A DNA stretch of 64,000 nt, from assembly GCA_048571215.1 (NCBI GenBank), contig CP182352.1, positions 2,400,001 to 2,464,000 on the forward strand. Reading direction: 5' to 3'. Position 1 is the stretch's first letter, and every line of letters starts with the position of its first letter. The stretch is from Halarcobacter sp. (lineage in GTDB: Bacteria; Campylobacterota; Campylobacteria; Campylobacterales; Arcobacteraceae). Of this stretch, positions 9,596 through 20,463 are shown one piece after another. The notes under the pieces were generated by a model, which was not told the origin of the DNA, searched no databases, and worked only from the letters and a program-made list of their open reading frames with translations. Both the position numbers and the translations under genes were made by a program.

Positions 9596-10486
9596 TCAAT
9601 ATGCTTTTAAATTAGAAGTAAAAAGAACAGAAAACTGTGAAACTGTTTCTTGCATCAATTTATCAAGAAACTTATCAAATTTATCCTCTTTTTTCCAAAC
9701 TGGGTTTTTTACTTTTGATAGTTTTTCAATCTCTTGTTTTGCATAAGTTAAAGTATTTACCTCATCTACAAGACCAACTTTTTTTGCTTGGTTTGAAGTA
9801 AAGATATGGGCATTGGCAAATTTTTCATGGTCTGCAACATTTAGCTTTCTTGCATTTGCCACATCAGTTATAAACATATTATATGTATCTTTTATAACCT
9901 TTTCTAACTCCTCTTTTTCGTAACTTGACCATTCTCTTGTTGGCGTACCCGCTTCTTTATATTTTCCAGCTTTTATAGTTTGGGTTTTTATTCCAATTTT
10001 ATCCATAAGCTCTTCAAGATTTGTGCCTTGAAAAATAACCCCAATAGAACCTATCATACTCCCTGGATTTGCAATAATTTTGCTTGACCAAATAGAAGCA
10101 TAATAACTTCCACTAGCCATCACTCCACTTGCATATGCAACAACTGGTTTGACAGTTTTCAGCTCTTTTATGGCATAAGCTAATTCAACAGAAGGAGCAA
10201 CTGCTCCACCAGGTGAGTTTACATCAAGTAAAACACCTTTGATATTTTTATTATGTTTTGCTTCATTTATTTGAGTTAAAACCTTTTGTACATTTAGAAT
10301 AGGTCCATAAAGCTCTATTTTTTGTAAATTTGCATTTTCGTTCATCCCTGAAGTTAAACTTGCCTCATTTGAACTTTGCACAAAAAAATAAACTATAGTT
10401 AAAAATACAATTGTCTTAAAATATTTAGTTATAAAATCTAATATCGCTATTATAGGATAAAACAATTTTTTTATAAATTCAAACAT
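9596..10486 (-). CDS. sppA: Signal peptide peptidase (S49)
   Basis: NSPGG, MASGSY, GSIGV motifs; start moved to ATG 10486 behind GGAGGT SD. Confidence 0.9.
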   Translation of the reverse strand: MFEFIKKLFYPIIAILDFITKYFKTIVFLTIVYFFVQSSNEASLTSGMNENANLQKIELYGPILNVQKVLTQINEAKHNKNIKGVLLDVNSPGGAVAPSVELAYAIKELKTVKPVVAYASGVMASGSYYASIWSSKIIANPGSMIGSIGVIFQGTNLEELMDKIGIKTQTIKAGKYKEAGTPTREWSSYEKEELEKVIKDTYNMFITDVANARKLNVADHEKFANAHIFTSNQAKKVGLVDEVNTLTYAKQEIEKLSKVKNPVWKKEDKFDKFLDKLMQETVSQFSVLFTSNLKAY

Positions 10487-11708
10487 TATTACCTCCAATA
10501 ATGGTTTTTTCTACTCTTTTAGTATGTAAAATTATATTCATACATAAATCATCACTACTTTTAATCTCATCAGGTAGATTGATAGCTATTATATCCGCAT
10601 CCTTACCTTTTGTAAATTCACCTTTATTTAAGCCTAAAGCTAGACTCCCATTTTTTGTTGCTGCATTTATAAGTATTTTAGAAAACTCTAGAATATTTTT
10701 TTCTGTATGAATCAACAAGGCATTTCTAAGTTCATCAAACATACTAAGAGAGTTATTTGAACTTAAGCCATCAGTTCCCAAAGAAAAGGGTATTTTTTGT
10801 TCTAATACTCTATCAATATCTAATTTTGTATTATTTAAAAAACGGTTAGATGTGGGACAGTGATTTATAACTGCACCTAAGTGTTTTATAATCTCCAAAT
10901 CATCATCACTTGCTTCAACACAATGGGTAAAAGATAAGTTTTTTATATTTGCAAATTGTTTTAAAAATTGTTTTGGTTTTGTTACAGCTTGTTCTTGACC
11001 TAAAAAGTTTTTAAAAAATTCTAAAAAACCACCCTCATCTTTATGCAACCACTCAAACTCTTGGGGTGATTCTAAAAAATGTGAACTAACTGTTAGATTT
11101 TCATCTTTTGCTAAAGTTAATGTTTCTCTTACTAAAAAGGGGTGAACTGAATATGGAGAATGTATAGCAATAGCTGGTATAAAATTTTTGCTTGTTTTTG
11201 ATTTTGCACTATTGAGTCTACCCTTAAAATCAGAAAAAAGTGTATCTATCATATCAGGTTTACTTCCAATTACTTCACTAAAAAATACAGTATTTATAGG
11301 AGATTTAACACAAGCTTCTAAATCATAAGAATAAGATGAAATAGCCCCAATTGTAGTTGTACCAGTTTTTTTCATCTCTTCTAATTTATCAAAAATAAAC
11401 TCTGTGGTAATATCTTTTATAAGCTCTTCTCTATTTACTATTACAGAATTTAACCAATCCATAAAATCCCCATATTTTAAAGTTGTAGAATTTGAACTAA
11501 ACTCTAAATGAACATGGGAATTAATAAGTCCTGGCATTAAAACAGAATTTTTACCACAAAATTCTATTTTTTCATTTGGATATTTTTTTTGGATATTTGA
11601 AAGTGTATCAACTTCTAAGATTTTTTCATCATAAACAATAGCACCATCTTTTAAGATAGTACTATTATCATCACAAGTTATTATCCAAGTTGCACTAATG
11701 ATTTTCAT
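10479..11708 (-). CDS. Amidohydrolase, aminofutalosine deaminase-like
   Basis: PGLINSHVHLE, HSPYSV, HFLES, LGTDG metal-binding motifs; aroQ-sppA neighbourhood typical of Campylobacterales. Confidence 0.8.
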   Translation of the reverse strand: MKIISATWIITCDDNSTILKDGAIVYDEKILEVDTLSNIQKKYPNEKIEFCGKNSVLMPGLINSHVHLEFSSNSTTLKYGDFMDWLNSVIVNREELIKDITTEFIFDKLEEMKKTGTTTIGAISSYSYDLEACVKSPINTVFFSEVIGSKPDMIDTLFSDFKGRLNSAKSKTSKNFIPAIAIHSPYSVHPFLVRETLTLAKDENLTVSSHFLESPQEFEWLHKDEGGFLEFFKNFLGQEQAVTKPKQFLKQFANIKNLSFTHCVEASDDDLEIIKHLGAVINHCPTSNRFLNNTKLDIDRVLEQKIPFSLGTDGLSSNNSLSMFDELRNALLIHTEKNILEFSKILINAATKNGSLALGLNKGEFTKGKDADIIAINLPDEIKSSDDLCMNIILHTKRVEKTIIGGNNV

Positions 11709-11716
11709 AAACTATA

Positions 11717-12202
11717 TTATGCTTGTTTATTAGAAGCTTCTTGTGCTCTTTGATTTTCTAAAGCTTTCACTTCACTAATGATTTGAGTTAATGACATAAG
11801 ACCTAAGTGGTAACCAAATGGACCAAAACCAGTTATAACACCAGTTGCTGCACCAGCTGTAATAGATTTTTGTCTATACTCTTCTCTTTTATATATATTT
11901 GAAATATGCACTTCAACCGTAGGTAAATTTACTGCACTTAGAGCATCTTTAATTGCAATTGATGTATGAGAAAATGCTGCTGGATTGATTAGAATACCAT
12001 CAACTGTTCCTAAACACTCTTGGATTCTATCAACTATTTCACCCTCTAAGTTTGATTGGAAAAACTCAACTTCAACACCATTTTGAGAAGCTGAGGCTTT
12101 CATTTGTTCATGAATTTGATCTAAACTCATAGGACCATAAATATGTTGTTCTCTTACACCTAACATATTTAAATTTGGACCTTGGATAACTGCTATTTTC
12201 AT
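11717..12202 (-). CDS. aroQ: Type II 3-dehydroquinate dehydratase
   Basis: [11 protein letters not shown], INPAA, EVHISN. Confidence 0.95.
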   Translation of the reverse strand: MKIAVIQGPNLNMLGVREQHIYGPMSLDQIHEQMKASASQNGVEVEFFQSNLEGEIVDRIQECLGTVDGILINPAAFSHTSIAIKDALSAVNLPTVEVHISNIYKREEYRQKSITAGAATGVITGFGPFGYHLGLMSLTQIISEVKALENQRAQEASNKQA

Positions 12203-12398
12203 TTTATTTCCTTTTAAATAATCCTATATAAAGTACCTAAAAAAACATTGTTTTTTTAATCCTTTAAAAGGATTTTGTATTATATAACTACTTTTTTGTA
12301 GCAAAATTTTAAACAAAACTATTAATTGTTCTTTTGTATAAATTTTGGGTAAGATTATATTCAAACTTTAGTTAATACTAAATCAAAAAAGAGTTACA

Positions 12399-13424
12399 AT
12401 GAAAAATTATGTTTTATTAAATGAAAATGCAGTTTATTATGAGTGTGGATTCTCTTGTGATAATGTAATATATTTGAAATTGGGAAATGAAAGCTATTAT
12501 ATAACTGATGCGAGATATAGCACTGAGGCAAAAGAGTATGCAAAAGATTGTATAGTTGTTGAGAGTTCTGATTTAATTAAAAGTGCCCAAGAGATACTAA
12601 AAAAATCAAAAATCAAAAAACTAACTTTTGATCCAAACGATTTTAAACTCTCTTTTTATAAAAAGTTAAGTTCTGATTTAAAAATCGATTTTAAAGAGAA
12701 AGAAAACTTTTCAAAATTAAAAAGAATTATAAAAAGTGATGAAGAGATTAAAATACTAAAAAAAGCTTCACAAATAGGTAGAAGTGGATTTAAAGAACTT
12801 GCTAAATATATTAGTAAAAATGGTTTTAGGTTAAGTGAAAAAGAGCTTCATTTTAAAGCAATTGAAAAAATGAGTGCCATAGGTAAATACTCACTTAGTT
12901 TTGACCCAATTGTAGCAATAAATCAAAATGCTGCAAAACCCCATGCCCTACCAACAAACAAAAAATTAAAACTAAATGATTTAATCTTAGTTGATGCCGG
13001 GGTTAAATATAAAAGATATTGTTCTGATAGAACTTGTACTTCAAATGCAAACTTTGAAAAGTTTAGTTTTAAAAGGGAACAAAAATTTAAAAATAAAAAA
13101 CATCAAAAGATATATGATATAGTTTACAAAGCACAACTAAATGCCATAGAAAAAGCAAGAGTTGGAATGAAGGCTTCTAAAGTTGACCAACTTACTCGTG
13201 ATATAATAGTCAAAACTGGATATGGAAAATATTTTGTACACAGTACAGGTCATGGTGTTGGACTTGATATACATGAATTTCCAAATATCAATTCAAGATC
13301 TGATATTATTATAGAAGATAATATGGTTTTTACAATTGAACCTGGAATCTATTTACCAAATGAGTTTGGAATAAGAATAGAAGATACAGTAGTTATGAAA
13401 AATGGTAAAGCTCAAATACTATAA
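12399..13424 (+). CDS. Xaa-Pro aminopeptidase (M24)
   Basis: YCSDRT, HSTGHGVGLDIHE, TIEPG, RIED. Confidence 0.9.
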   Translation: MKNYVLLNENAVYYECGFSCDNVIYLKLGNESYYITDARYSTEAKEYAKDCIVVESSDLIKSAQEILKKSKIKKLTFDPNDFKLSFYKKLSSDLKIDFKEKENFSKLKRIIKSDEEIKILKKASQIGRSGFKELAKYISKNGFRLSEKELHFKAIEKMSAIGKYSLSFDPIVAINQNAAKPHALPTNKKLKLNDLILVDAGVKYKRYCSDRTCTSNANFEKFSFKREQKFKNKKHQKIYDIVYKAQLNAIEKARVGMKASKVDQLTRDIIVKTGYGKYFVHSTGHGVGLDIHEFPNINSRSDIIIEDNMVFTIEPGIYLPNEFGIRIEDTVVMKNGKAQIL

Positions 13425-13488
13425 TATTTGAATTTTTATCATTTATAAATCTTGACTTATTTAATAAGTTTATATTTTTTGGATAAAT

Positions 13489-13965
13489 ATGAAAAAAAAA
13501 TTAACCGATGACTTAACACTTTTTTACAGTTCAAATTTTCCTCGTAAGTTTAAAAAACACTCAAATAAAAAATATCTTGTACATATAGGGATTGGGGGAA
13601 ACATTGGAAATATTAAAAAAACTTTTAATAAGTTGCTCTTATGTTTAAAATCTGATGGAAGATTTGATATACTTATCACTTCACCTCTACTACTAAATCC
13701 CCCCTTTGGATTTTTGGAGCAAAATCATTTTTTAAATGGTATAATTGCCCTTAAAACTAATCTTGCACCTAATGAATTTTTAAAAAATATGCAGAGATTA
13801 GAAAAAAGATTTGGAAGAAAGCGGTCCTTTCAAGATGCGCCTAGAACCTTGGATATAGATATAATATTTTTTGCTAATAAAAAAATAGATACAGAAAAAC
13901 TTATTATTCCTCATAAAGATTGGGCAAATAGAGAGTCAGTTATTATTCCTTTAAAACATTTATAA
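13489..13965 (+). CDS. folK: HPPK, 6-hydroxymethyl-7,8-dihydropterin pyrophosphokinase
   Basis: IGIGGN, FLN, PRTLDIDII, LIIPH. Confidence 0.92.
   Translation: MKKKLTDDLTLFYSSNFPRKFKKHSNKKYLVHIGIGGNIGNIKKTFNKLLLCLKSDGRFDILITSPLLLNPPFGFLEQNHFLNGIIALKTNLAPNEFLKNMQRLEKRFGRKRSFQDAPRTLDIDIIFFANKKIDTEKLIIPHKDWANRESVIIPLKHL
13807..13956 (+). repeat. Direct repeat copy A (3' end of folK)
   Basis: 141/150 identical to 15203-15352 by manual alignment, offset 1396. Confidence 0.95.
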
Positions 13966-14035
13966 TTTTAAAAAATTAAAAGATAAAATCTATAAATATC
14001 ATTATATTATTCAATTATTTCGAGAAGGGTGAAAT

Positions 14036-15133
14036 ATGAAAAAAAAAGTAGTTGTAGGGATGTCAGGTGGTGTTGATTCTTCAGTTACTGCACTGTTATT
14101 AAAGAAACAAGGGTATGAAGTACAAGGCTTATTTATGCGTAACTGGGAATATGGGATTGAGGGTAGTCAATGCCCTAATCGTATAGAATTCGAAGATGCA
14201 AAAAAAGTGGGTAAATTATTAGGGATTGAAGTAAAAGGAAAAGATTTCGTAGAAGAGTATAGAACAAAAGTATTTGATGTATTTTTGGAAGGTTTAAAAA
14301 AAGGACTTACTCCAAATCCAGATATTCTGTGTAATCGTGAAATTAAATTCAATGTATTTTTAAATGAAGCAAAAAAAATGGGTGCTGATATGATTGCAAC
14401 TGGTCATTATGCTAAAATAGCTAAATATAAAGACCACTATGTACTTGACACTCCAAAAGATAATACTAAAGACCAAACATATTTTTTACATGCTCTTTCA
14501 AGTGAACAACTTTCACAGGCTTTATTTCCCCTTGCCGATTTAACAAAAAAAGAAGTAAGAGAGATAGCTAAAAAACATAATCTTCCTGTAAGTGATAAAA
14601 AAGATAGTACTGGTATATGTTTTATTGGTGAACAAAAATTTGATGAATTTATCACACAATATTTAAAAGCAATTCCTGGAGATATTATAGATGAAAATGG
14701 AAAAGTAATAGGAAAACATAAAGGTCTTGTTTGTTATACACTAGGTCAGCGAAGAGGTATTGGTCTTGGTGGTATGAAAGAGACTGAATCAGCTAATCAT
14801 ATCCATAACCCATGGTATGTAGCTAAAAAAGATATGACAAATAACACCTTAACAATTGTACAAGATACAAACCATCCCCTACTTATGAGTAAAAAAGTAG
14901 AAGCTAGTAATATGCATTGGGTACTTGAAGTTGCCCCTAAAGTTGGAGATAAATTAATGGCACAAATTCGTTATCGTCAACAAAAGCGAGCTTGTACTGT
15001 AATAGAAGTTAGTGATGATAAAGTCATAGTTGAATTTGATGAACCTCAAAGAGCTGTTACCTTAGGACAAAGTCTTGTTTTATATGCTGGTAATTACTGC
15101 TTAGGTGGTGGATTTATTAGTGATTATAATTAA
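14036..15133 (+). CDS. mnmA: tRNA 2-thiouridylase, DxxC type
   Basis: SGGVDS, MRNW, PNPDILCN, ATGHY, KDQTY, DSTGICF. Confidence 0.93.
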   Translation: MKKKVVVGMSGGVDSSVTALLLKKQGYEVQGLFMRNWEYGIEGSQCPNRIEFEDAKKVGKLLGIEVKGKDFVEEYRTKVFDVFLEGLKKGLTPNPDILCNREIKFNVFLNEAKKMGADMIATGHYAKIAKYKDHYVLDTPKDNTKDQTYFLHALSSEQLSQALFPLADLTKKEVREIAKKHNLPVSDKKDSTGICFIGEQKFDEFITQYLKAIPGDIIDENGKVIGKHKGLVCYTLGQRRGIGLGGMKETESANHIHNPWYVAKKDMTNNTLTIVQDTNHPLLMSKKVEASNMHWVLEVAPKVGDKLMAQIRYRQQKRACTVIEVSDDKVIVEFDEPQRAVTLGQSLVLYAGNYCLGGGFISDYN

Positions 15134-15190
15134 TATGGTATAATCCCGCTTTTTACTAATCTTTACAAAAAACTTTCAAAAACTAAGTAA

Positions 15191-15361
15191 AGATTAGCAA
15201 TTAGATATGGAAGAAAGCGATCCTTTCAAGATACGCCTAAAACCTTGGATATAGATATAATATTTTTTGCTAATAAAAAAATAGATACAAAAAAACTAAT
15301 TATTCCTCATAAAAATTGGGCAAATAGAGAATCAGTGATTATTCCTTTAAAAAGGATGTAA
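15191..15361 (+). pseudogene. folK: Duplicated folK 3' fragment (repeat copy B)
   Basis: Reads ...GRKRSFQDTPKTLDIDIIFF...IPLKRM*; in-frame TAA at 15188-15190 just upstream; conserved PRT changed to PKT. Confidence 0.9.
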
Positions 15362-15362
15362 T

Positions 15363-16400
15363 ATGAACAAAAAGAAAGTAATGGTAGGTATGAGTGGAGG
15401 AATTGACTCCTCAGTTACTGCTTATATGCTACAAAAAGAGGGTTATGAAGTAGAAGGTTGCTACTTAAAACTTCATAATCGAACAGATGGTTATCATGAG
15501 AAAAATCTAAAATATATAGAAGATGTTGCTAAGTATTTAAATATAAAATATCATGTTTTAGATTTGGCTGATAAATTTACAGCTGAAGTTTATGATTATT
15601 TTGTTGACTCATATTTAGAAGGTACTACCCCTAACCCATGTGTAAAATGTAATAGACAAATTAAATTTGGTGCCATGTTAGATTTTGCAAAAGAGCACAA
15701 GGCAAGTTATCTTGCGACTGGTCATTATGCAAAAACAGATGGAAAGTTTTTTTATGAAGCGGATGATAAAACAAAAGACCAAAGCTATTTCTTATCACAA
15801 GTTAATAAAGAAGCCTTACCATACATGATGTTTCCCCTTAGTACTTATAAAAAAGAGGATATTGTTAAATTTGGTGCTAAGTTGGATTCTGCATATAAAA
15901 GAATTACTCAAAAAAATGAATCACAAGAGATATGTTTTGTAGAAACTGTATATACTGATGTTGTAAAAAGACACGCAAATATTGATATGCCTGGAGATGT
16001 TTTAGATGAAAATGGGAATATTATAGGAAAGCATAAGGGATATATGCACTACACTATTGGAAAAAGAAGAGGCTTTACAGTTCATGGTGCCCATGTTCCA
16101 CATTTTGTTACAAAATTAAATCCAAAAGACAATACTATAGTAGTTGGTAAAAAAGAAGCTTTAGAGATAAATAGTGTTGAAGTTGAGAATCTTAATATGT
16201 TTATTGATGAAAAAGATTTTGAGTGTACTGTAAAATTAAGATATCGTTCACGTGCAATACCATGTAAAGTTAAAATAGAAAATAATAAAGCAATAATATC
16301 TCTAAAAGAGCCAGCATTTGGGGTTGCTTCTGGACAACTTGCAGTATTTTATGAAAATGAAAAAGTTTTAGGAAGTGCTTGGATAAAGTGTGCTAATTAA
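15363..16400 (+). CDS. mnmA: tRNA 2-thiouridylase, CxxC type
   Basis: SGGIDS, PNPCVKCN, ATGHY, KDQSY, ESQEICF. Confidence 0.93.
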   Translation: MNKKKVMVGMSGGIDSSVTAYMLQKEGYEVEGCYLKLHNRTDGYHEKNLKYIEDVAKYLNIKYHVLDLADKFTAEVYDYFVDSYLEGTTPNPCVKCNRQIKFGAMLDFAKEHKASYLATGHYAKTDGKFFYEADDKTKDQSYFLSQVNKEALPYMMFPLSTYKKEDIVKFGAKLDSAYKRITQKNESQEICFVETVYTDVVKRHANIDMPGDVLDENGNIIGKHKGYMHYTIGKRRGFTVHGAHVPHFVTKLNPKDNTIVVGKKEALEINSVEVENLNMFIDEKDFECTVKLRYRSRAIPCKVKIENNKAIISLKEPAFGVASGQLAVFYENEKVLGSAWIKCAN

Positions 16401-16507
16401 GTTTATCTAACAACTGTATAAGATTTATTAAAGTATAATCCAAAAATAGTTGTACCAAATTATCTATTCTTTTATTTGGTAATAAACAATCACACAAGGA
16501 AAATCTA

Positions 16508-17440
16508 ATGGCAAAATTTAAACTTTTTAGTGGTACTGCGAACCCAGAATTTGCTGCAAAAGTTGGTAAATATTTAAATATTGAAGTTGGGGAAGCAACA
16601 ATTAATAAGTTTAGTGATGGAGAGATCTCTGTCCAAATAAAAGAGAGTGTAAGAGGACAGGATGTATTTATTATACAACCAACCTGTGCTCCTACAAATG
16701 ATCATTTAATGGAACTACTTATTATGATTGATGCACTTAAAAGATCAAGTGCAAAATCAATCTCAGCAGTTATGCCTTATTTTGGTTATGCAAGACAAGA
16801 TAGAAAAGCAGCACCAAGAGTTCCAATATCAGCAAAACTTGTTGCTGATATGTTAGAAAAAGTTGGTATTGATAGGATGATTACTATCGATTTACACGCA
16901 GCACAAATCCAAGGCTTCTTTGATATCCCAGTTGATAACCTTTATGGTTCTGTTCTTTTTATTGAACATTTAAAAAATAAAAATCTTAAAAATCCTATTA
17001 TTGCAAGTCCAGATATTGGTGGTGTTGCAAGAGCTAGAAATTATGCTGAAAAACTAGGATATGATTTAGTTATTGTTGATAAAAGAAGAGAAAAAGCAAA
17101 TGTTGCTGAAGTTATGAATATCATTGGAGATGTAAAAGACAAAGATGTTATTTTAGTTGATGATATGGTTGATACTGCAGGTACCTTAGTAAAAGCAGCA
17201 GAAGTTCTTAAAAAAAGAGGAGCAACATCTGTTATGGCATGTTGTACCCATGGTGTTTTAAGTGGTCCTGCTTTTGATAGAATCAACCAAGGTACACTTG
17301 ATGAGCTTATCATTTCTGATACTATTCCTATGCATGGAGATAGTGAAAAAATTACAGTTTTAAGTGCAACAAGAATTATAGGTGAAACTATAAGAAGAAT
17401 AACAAATAATGAATCTGTTAATTCTATTTTTATAGATTAA
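16508..17440 (+). CDS. prs: Ribose-phosphate pyrophosphokinase
   Basis: FSDGE, YARQDR, DLHAAQIQGFF, VDDMVDTAGT. Confidence 0.97.
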   Translation: MAKFKLFSGTANPEFAAKVGKYLNIEVGEATINKFSDGEISVQIKESVRGQDVFIIQPTCAPTNDHLMELLIMIDALKRSSAKSISAVMPYFGYARQDRKAAPRVPISAKLVADMLEKVGIDRMITIDLHAAQIQGFFDIPVDNLYGSVLFIEHLKNKNLKNPIIASPDIGGVARARNYAEKLGYDLVIVDKRREKANVAEVMNIIGDVKDKDVILVDDMVDTAGTLVKAAEVLKKRGATSVMACCTHGVLSGPAFDRINQGTLDELIISDTIPMHGDSEKITVLSATRIIGETIRRITNNESVNSIFID

Positions 17441-17513
17441 TTTTATTATTAAATAAACTTTTAATTTATTTAATAGTATTATAATGTTATACACACAAAA
17501 CAAGGAAAATTTA

Positions 17514-18554
17514 ATGAAAAAGATATTAATTTCAAGTGCCCTATGCGCATCAATGCTATTTGCTGCAAGTAGCGATTATAAGTATGAAATTACGCCTTTA
17601 ATTAGTTCTGCCCTAGTTGAGGGAAATCTAGACATGGAGAAAGGTTATTATAATGCTGGGTTAGCAGTAGGTTTTAACTTAGAAGATTCTATGTTCAATC
17701 AAGTTGAAGTTGGATTTTTAAGAACTATTGAAGATGTAGATTATATTTGGAGACCAACGCCTACATCTCCAAACTATGACACAGGAGTAACTAGAGTATT
17801 TACAAACTTAGTAAAAGAATACCCTATTTGGTCAGACATGTCTATCTATACACTTATTGGTGCTGGTGTTGAAATCTTTGATGATGAAAGATATGGAAAT
17901 GAAAATGGTTTATTTGGTAACTATGGTGTAGGTTTTAAATTTGCATTACCAAATGATATGTCATTAAAAGTTGACTATAGACATTTAATTGAAACAGACC
18001 ATGGTGATAATTCGCTAATCTCAACTATTGGTCTATCAATTCCATTTGGTAAAAAAGCTGTTGAAGCTCCTGTGGTAAAAGAGGAACCAAAAACTGTAGT
18101 GATAGTTGAAGAAGAAGAGATTGTAGCTATTGATAGTGATGGTGATGGTGTTGCAGATATGAATGACAAATGTCCAGATACTCCAAAAGGTGATATTGTT
18201 GATCAAAATGGTTGTTCATTAAAAGTTGATTTAAATATTAATTTTGCTTTTGATTCAGCAATAATTAATAACTCATACGATTCTAAAATCAAAAAATTCG
18301 CAGATTTTATGAAAGCATTCCCAGCAGTTAAAGCTAAAATCGAAGCATATACTGACTCTGTAGGTACTACTGAATATAATCAAGACCTATCAGAAAAAAG
18401 AGCTGCATCTACAGTTAAAGCTTTAGAAGCTTATGGAATTGAAAAATCTAGAGTTAAATCTATTGGTTATGGTGAAAGCAGACCAATAGCTACAAATGAA
18501 ACAGCAGAAGGTAGAGCTGCTAACAGAAGAGTAGAAGGTTCTATTCAAAAATAA
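17514..18554 (+). CDS. OmpA/OprF/CadF-like outer membrane protein
   Basis: Signal peptide from ATG 17514 (AAGGA SD), beta-barrel region, DSDGDGVxD..DKCP..NGC linker, OmpA C-domain (YNxxLSxxRA, NRRVE). Confidence 0.9.
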   Translation: MKKILISSALCASMLFAASSDYKYEITPLISSALVEGNLDMEKGYYNAGLAVGFNLEDSMFNQVEVGFLRTIEDVDYIWRPTPTSPNYDTGVTRVFTNLVKEYPIWSDMSIYTLIGAGVEIFDDERYGNENGLFGNYGVGFKFALPNDMSLKVDYRHLIETDHGDNSLISTIGLSIPFGKKAVEAPVVKEEPKTVVIVEEEEIVAIDSDGDGVADMNDKCPDTPKGDIVDQNGCSLKVDLNINFAFDSAIINNSYDSKIKKFADFMKAFPAVKAKIEAYTDSVGTTEYNQDLSEKRAASTVKALEAYGIEKSRVKSIGYGESRPIATNETAEGRAANRRVEGSIQK

Positions 18555-18568
18555 CTTCTATATATTTT

Positions 18569-18601
18569 AAATAAGATTTTGATTTATTCAAAATCTTATT
18601 T
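18569..18601 (+). terminator. Hairpin, likely terminator
   Basis: AAATAAGATTTTGA/TCAAAATCTTATTT perfect 14-bp inverted repeat. Confidence 0.7.
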
Positions 18602-18675
18602 ACCCATTTTTTTCTTAACTCATAACTAACTTAAATTTAGATACAATCGCGATAAATTAAATATAGGATTTTACC

Positions 18676-20463
18676 TTGCAAGAAAATATTAGAAACTTTT
18701 CAATTATTGCTCATATAGACCATGGTAAATCAACACTTGCTGATAGAATTATTCAAGAGTGTGGTTCAGTGGCAGATAGAGATATGTCTGCACAGATGAT
18801 GGATACTATGGATATTGAAAAAGAGCGTGGTATTACAATAAAAGCTCAAAGTGTAAGACTTGATTATGTAAAAGATGGACAAAATTATGTTTTAAACCTA
18901 ATTGACACTCCAGGTCATGTTGATTTTTCATATGAAGTTAGCCGTTCTTTAGCTTCATCAGAAGGTGCTTTACTTATAGTAGATTCAACCCAAGGGGTAG
19001 AAGCTCAAACTATTGCAAATGTATATATTGCTATGGATAATGATTTGGAACTACTTCCAGTTGTAAATAAAATAGATTTACCATCTGCTGATCCAGATAG
19101 AGTACTTGAAGAGGTTGAAGATGCCATTGGACTAGATTGTACTGAACACAATCTAATCTCAGCAAAAACAGGTCTTGGGGTAAAAGATTTAATAGATGCA
19201 ATAGTAGATAGAGTCCCTTGCCCTAAAGGTGATGAAAAAGCTCCAACAAAAGCTTTAATCTATGATTCGTGGTTTGACAATTATCTGGGTGCCCTAGCTC
19301 TTGTAAGAGTTTATGAAGGAAGTATCAAAAAAGGTCAACTGCTTAAAATGATGAATACTAAAGTAGAACATCCTGTTCTAAATCTTATGTATCCACACCC
19401 TTTAAAAAGACAAAATACAAACGAGATAAAAACTGGTGAAATTGGTATTGTTGTACTTGGACTTAAAACTTTAGATGGGATTGCTGTTGGTGATACAATG
19501 ACTGATGCAAAAAATCCAACACCAGTAGCTATTGATGGTTTTGAACCTGCCAAACCTTTTGTGTTTGCTGGGATTTATCCAATAGAAACAGATAAATTTG
19601 AAGATTTAAGAGAGGCTTTAATTAAACTTCAACTAAATGATTCATCAATCTCTTTTGAACCAGAATCTTCAGCAGCACTAGGAAGTGGATTTAGAACAGG
19701 TTTTTTAGGTATGCTTCATATGGAAGTTATAAAAGAGAGACTTGAAAGAGAGTTCAATCTTGATTTAATAGCAACAGCACCCACTGTTATATATGAAGTG
19801 CTTAAAAATGATGGAGAAAAAATAACAATTCAAAATCCAAGTGAATTACCTGAGCCTAACTATATTGATACAATCTTTGAACCATATGTAAAAGCAACTA
19901 TTTTAGTACCTGATGAATTTTTAGGAAATGTTATTAAACTGCTTAATGATAAAAGAGCTATACAAAATAAAATGGATTATTTAGGTAAAAGGGTTTTATT
20001 GGATTATGATATTCCAATGAATGAGATTGTAATGGACTTTTATGATAAACTAAAATCTACAACAAAAGGTTATGCATCTTTTGATTATGAACCAATAGGT
20101 TTTAGACCAGGTGTTTTACAAAAACTTGATATAAAAGTTGCAGGTGAAGTTGTAGATGCTTTATCAATAATAGTTCCAGAAAATAAAGCCCTAAGTAAAG
20201 GTAGAGAGTTTATTAAAGCACTTAAAGAGCTAATTCCAAGACAACTATTTGAAGTAGCAATACAAGCAAGTATTGGAAATAATATTATCGCAAGAGAGAC
20301 TGTAAAGTCTACAGGTAAAAACGTAACTGCTAAATGTTATGGTGGAGATATTACGAGAAAAAGAAAACTACTTGAGAAGCAAAAAGCAGGTAAGAAAAGA
20401 ATGAAGGCCATAGGAAAAGTGAATGTGCCACAAGAAGCTTTCATGGCCGTGTTGAAGATTTAA
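18676..20463 (+). CDS. lepA: Elongation factor 4
   Basis: [31 protein letters not shown] start. Confidence 0.97.
   Translation: MQENIRNFSIIAHIDHGKSTLADRIIQECGSVADRDMSAQMMDTMDIEKERGITIKAQSVRLDYVKDGQNYVLNLIDTPGHVDFSYEVSRSLASSEGALLIVDSTQGVEAQTIANVYIAMDNDLELLPVVNKIDLPSADPDRVLEEVEDAIGLDCTEHNLISAKTGLGVKDLIDAIVDRVPCPKGDEKAPTKALIYDSWFDNYLGALALVRVYEGSIKKGQLLKMMNTKVEHPVLNLMYPHPLKRQNTNEIKTGEIGIVVLGLKTLDGIAVGDTMTDAKNPTPVAIDGFEPAKPFVFAGIYPIETDKFEDLREALIKLQLNDSSISFEPESSAALGSGFRTGFLGMLHMEVIKERLEREFNLDLIATAPTVIYEVLKNDGEKITIQNPSELPEPNYIDTIFEPYVKATILVPDEFLGNVIKLLNDKRAIQNKMDYLGKRVLLDYDIPMNEIVMDFYDKLKSTTKGYASFDYEPIGFRPGVLQKLDIKVAGEVVDALSIIVPENKALSKGREFIKALKELIPRQLFEVAIQASIGNNIIARETVKSTGKNVTAKCYGGDITRKRKLLEKQKAGKKRMKAIGKVNVPQEAFMAVLKI

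Noticed and set aside
13981..14010. Fur box upstream of first mnmA
   Set aside because: Best alignment about 11/19, not meaningful in such AT-rich DNA
13807..15352. Complete diversity-generating retroelement
   Set aside because: No RT or Avd gene in the window and the putative target is conserved FolK; kept only as a mismatch-bias observation
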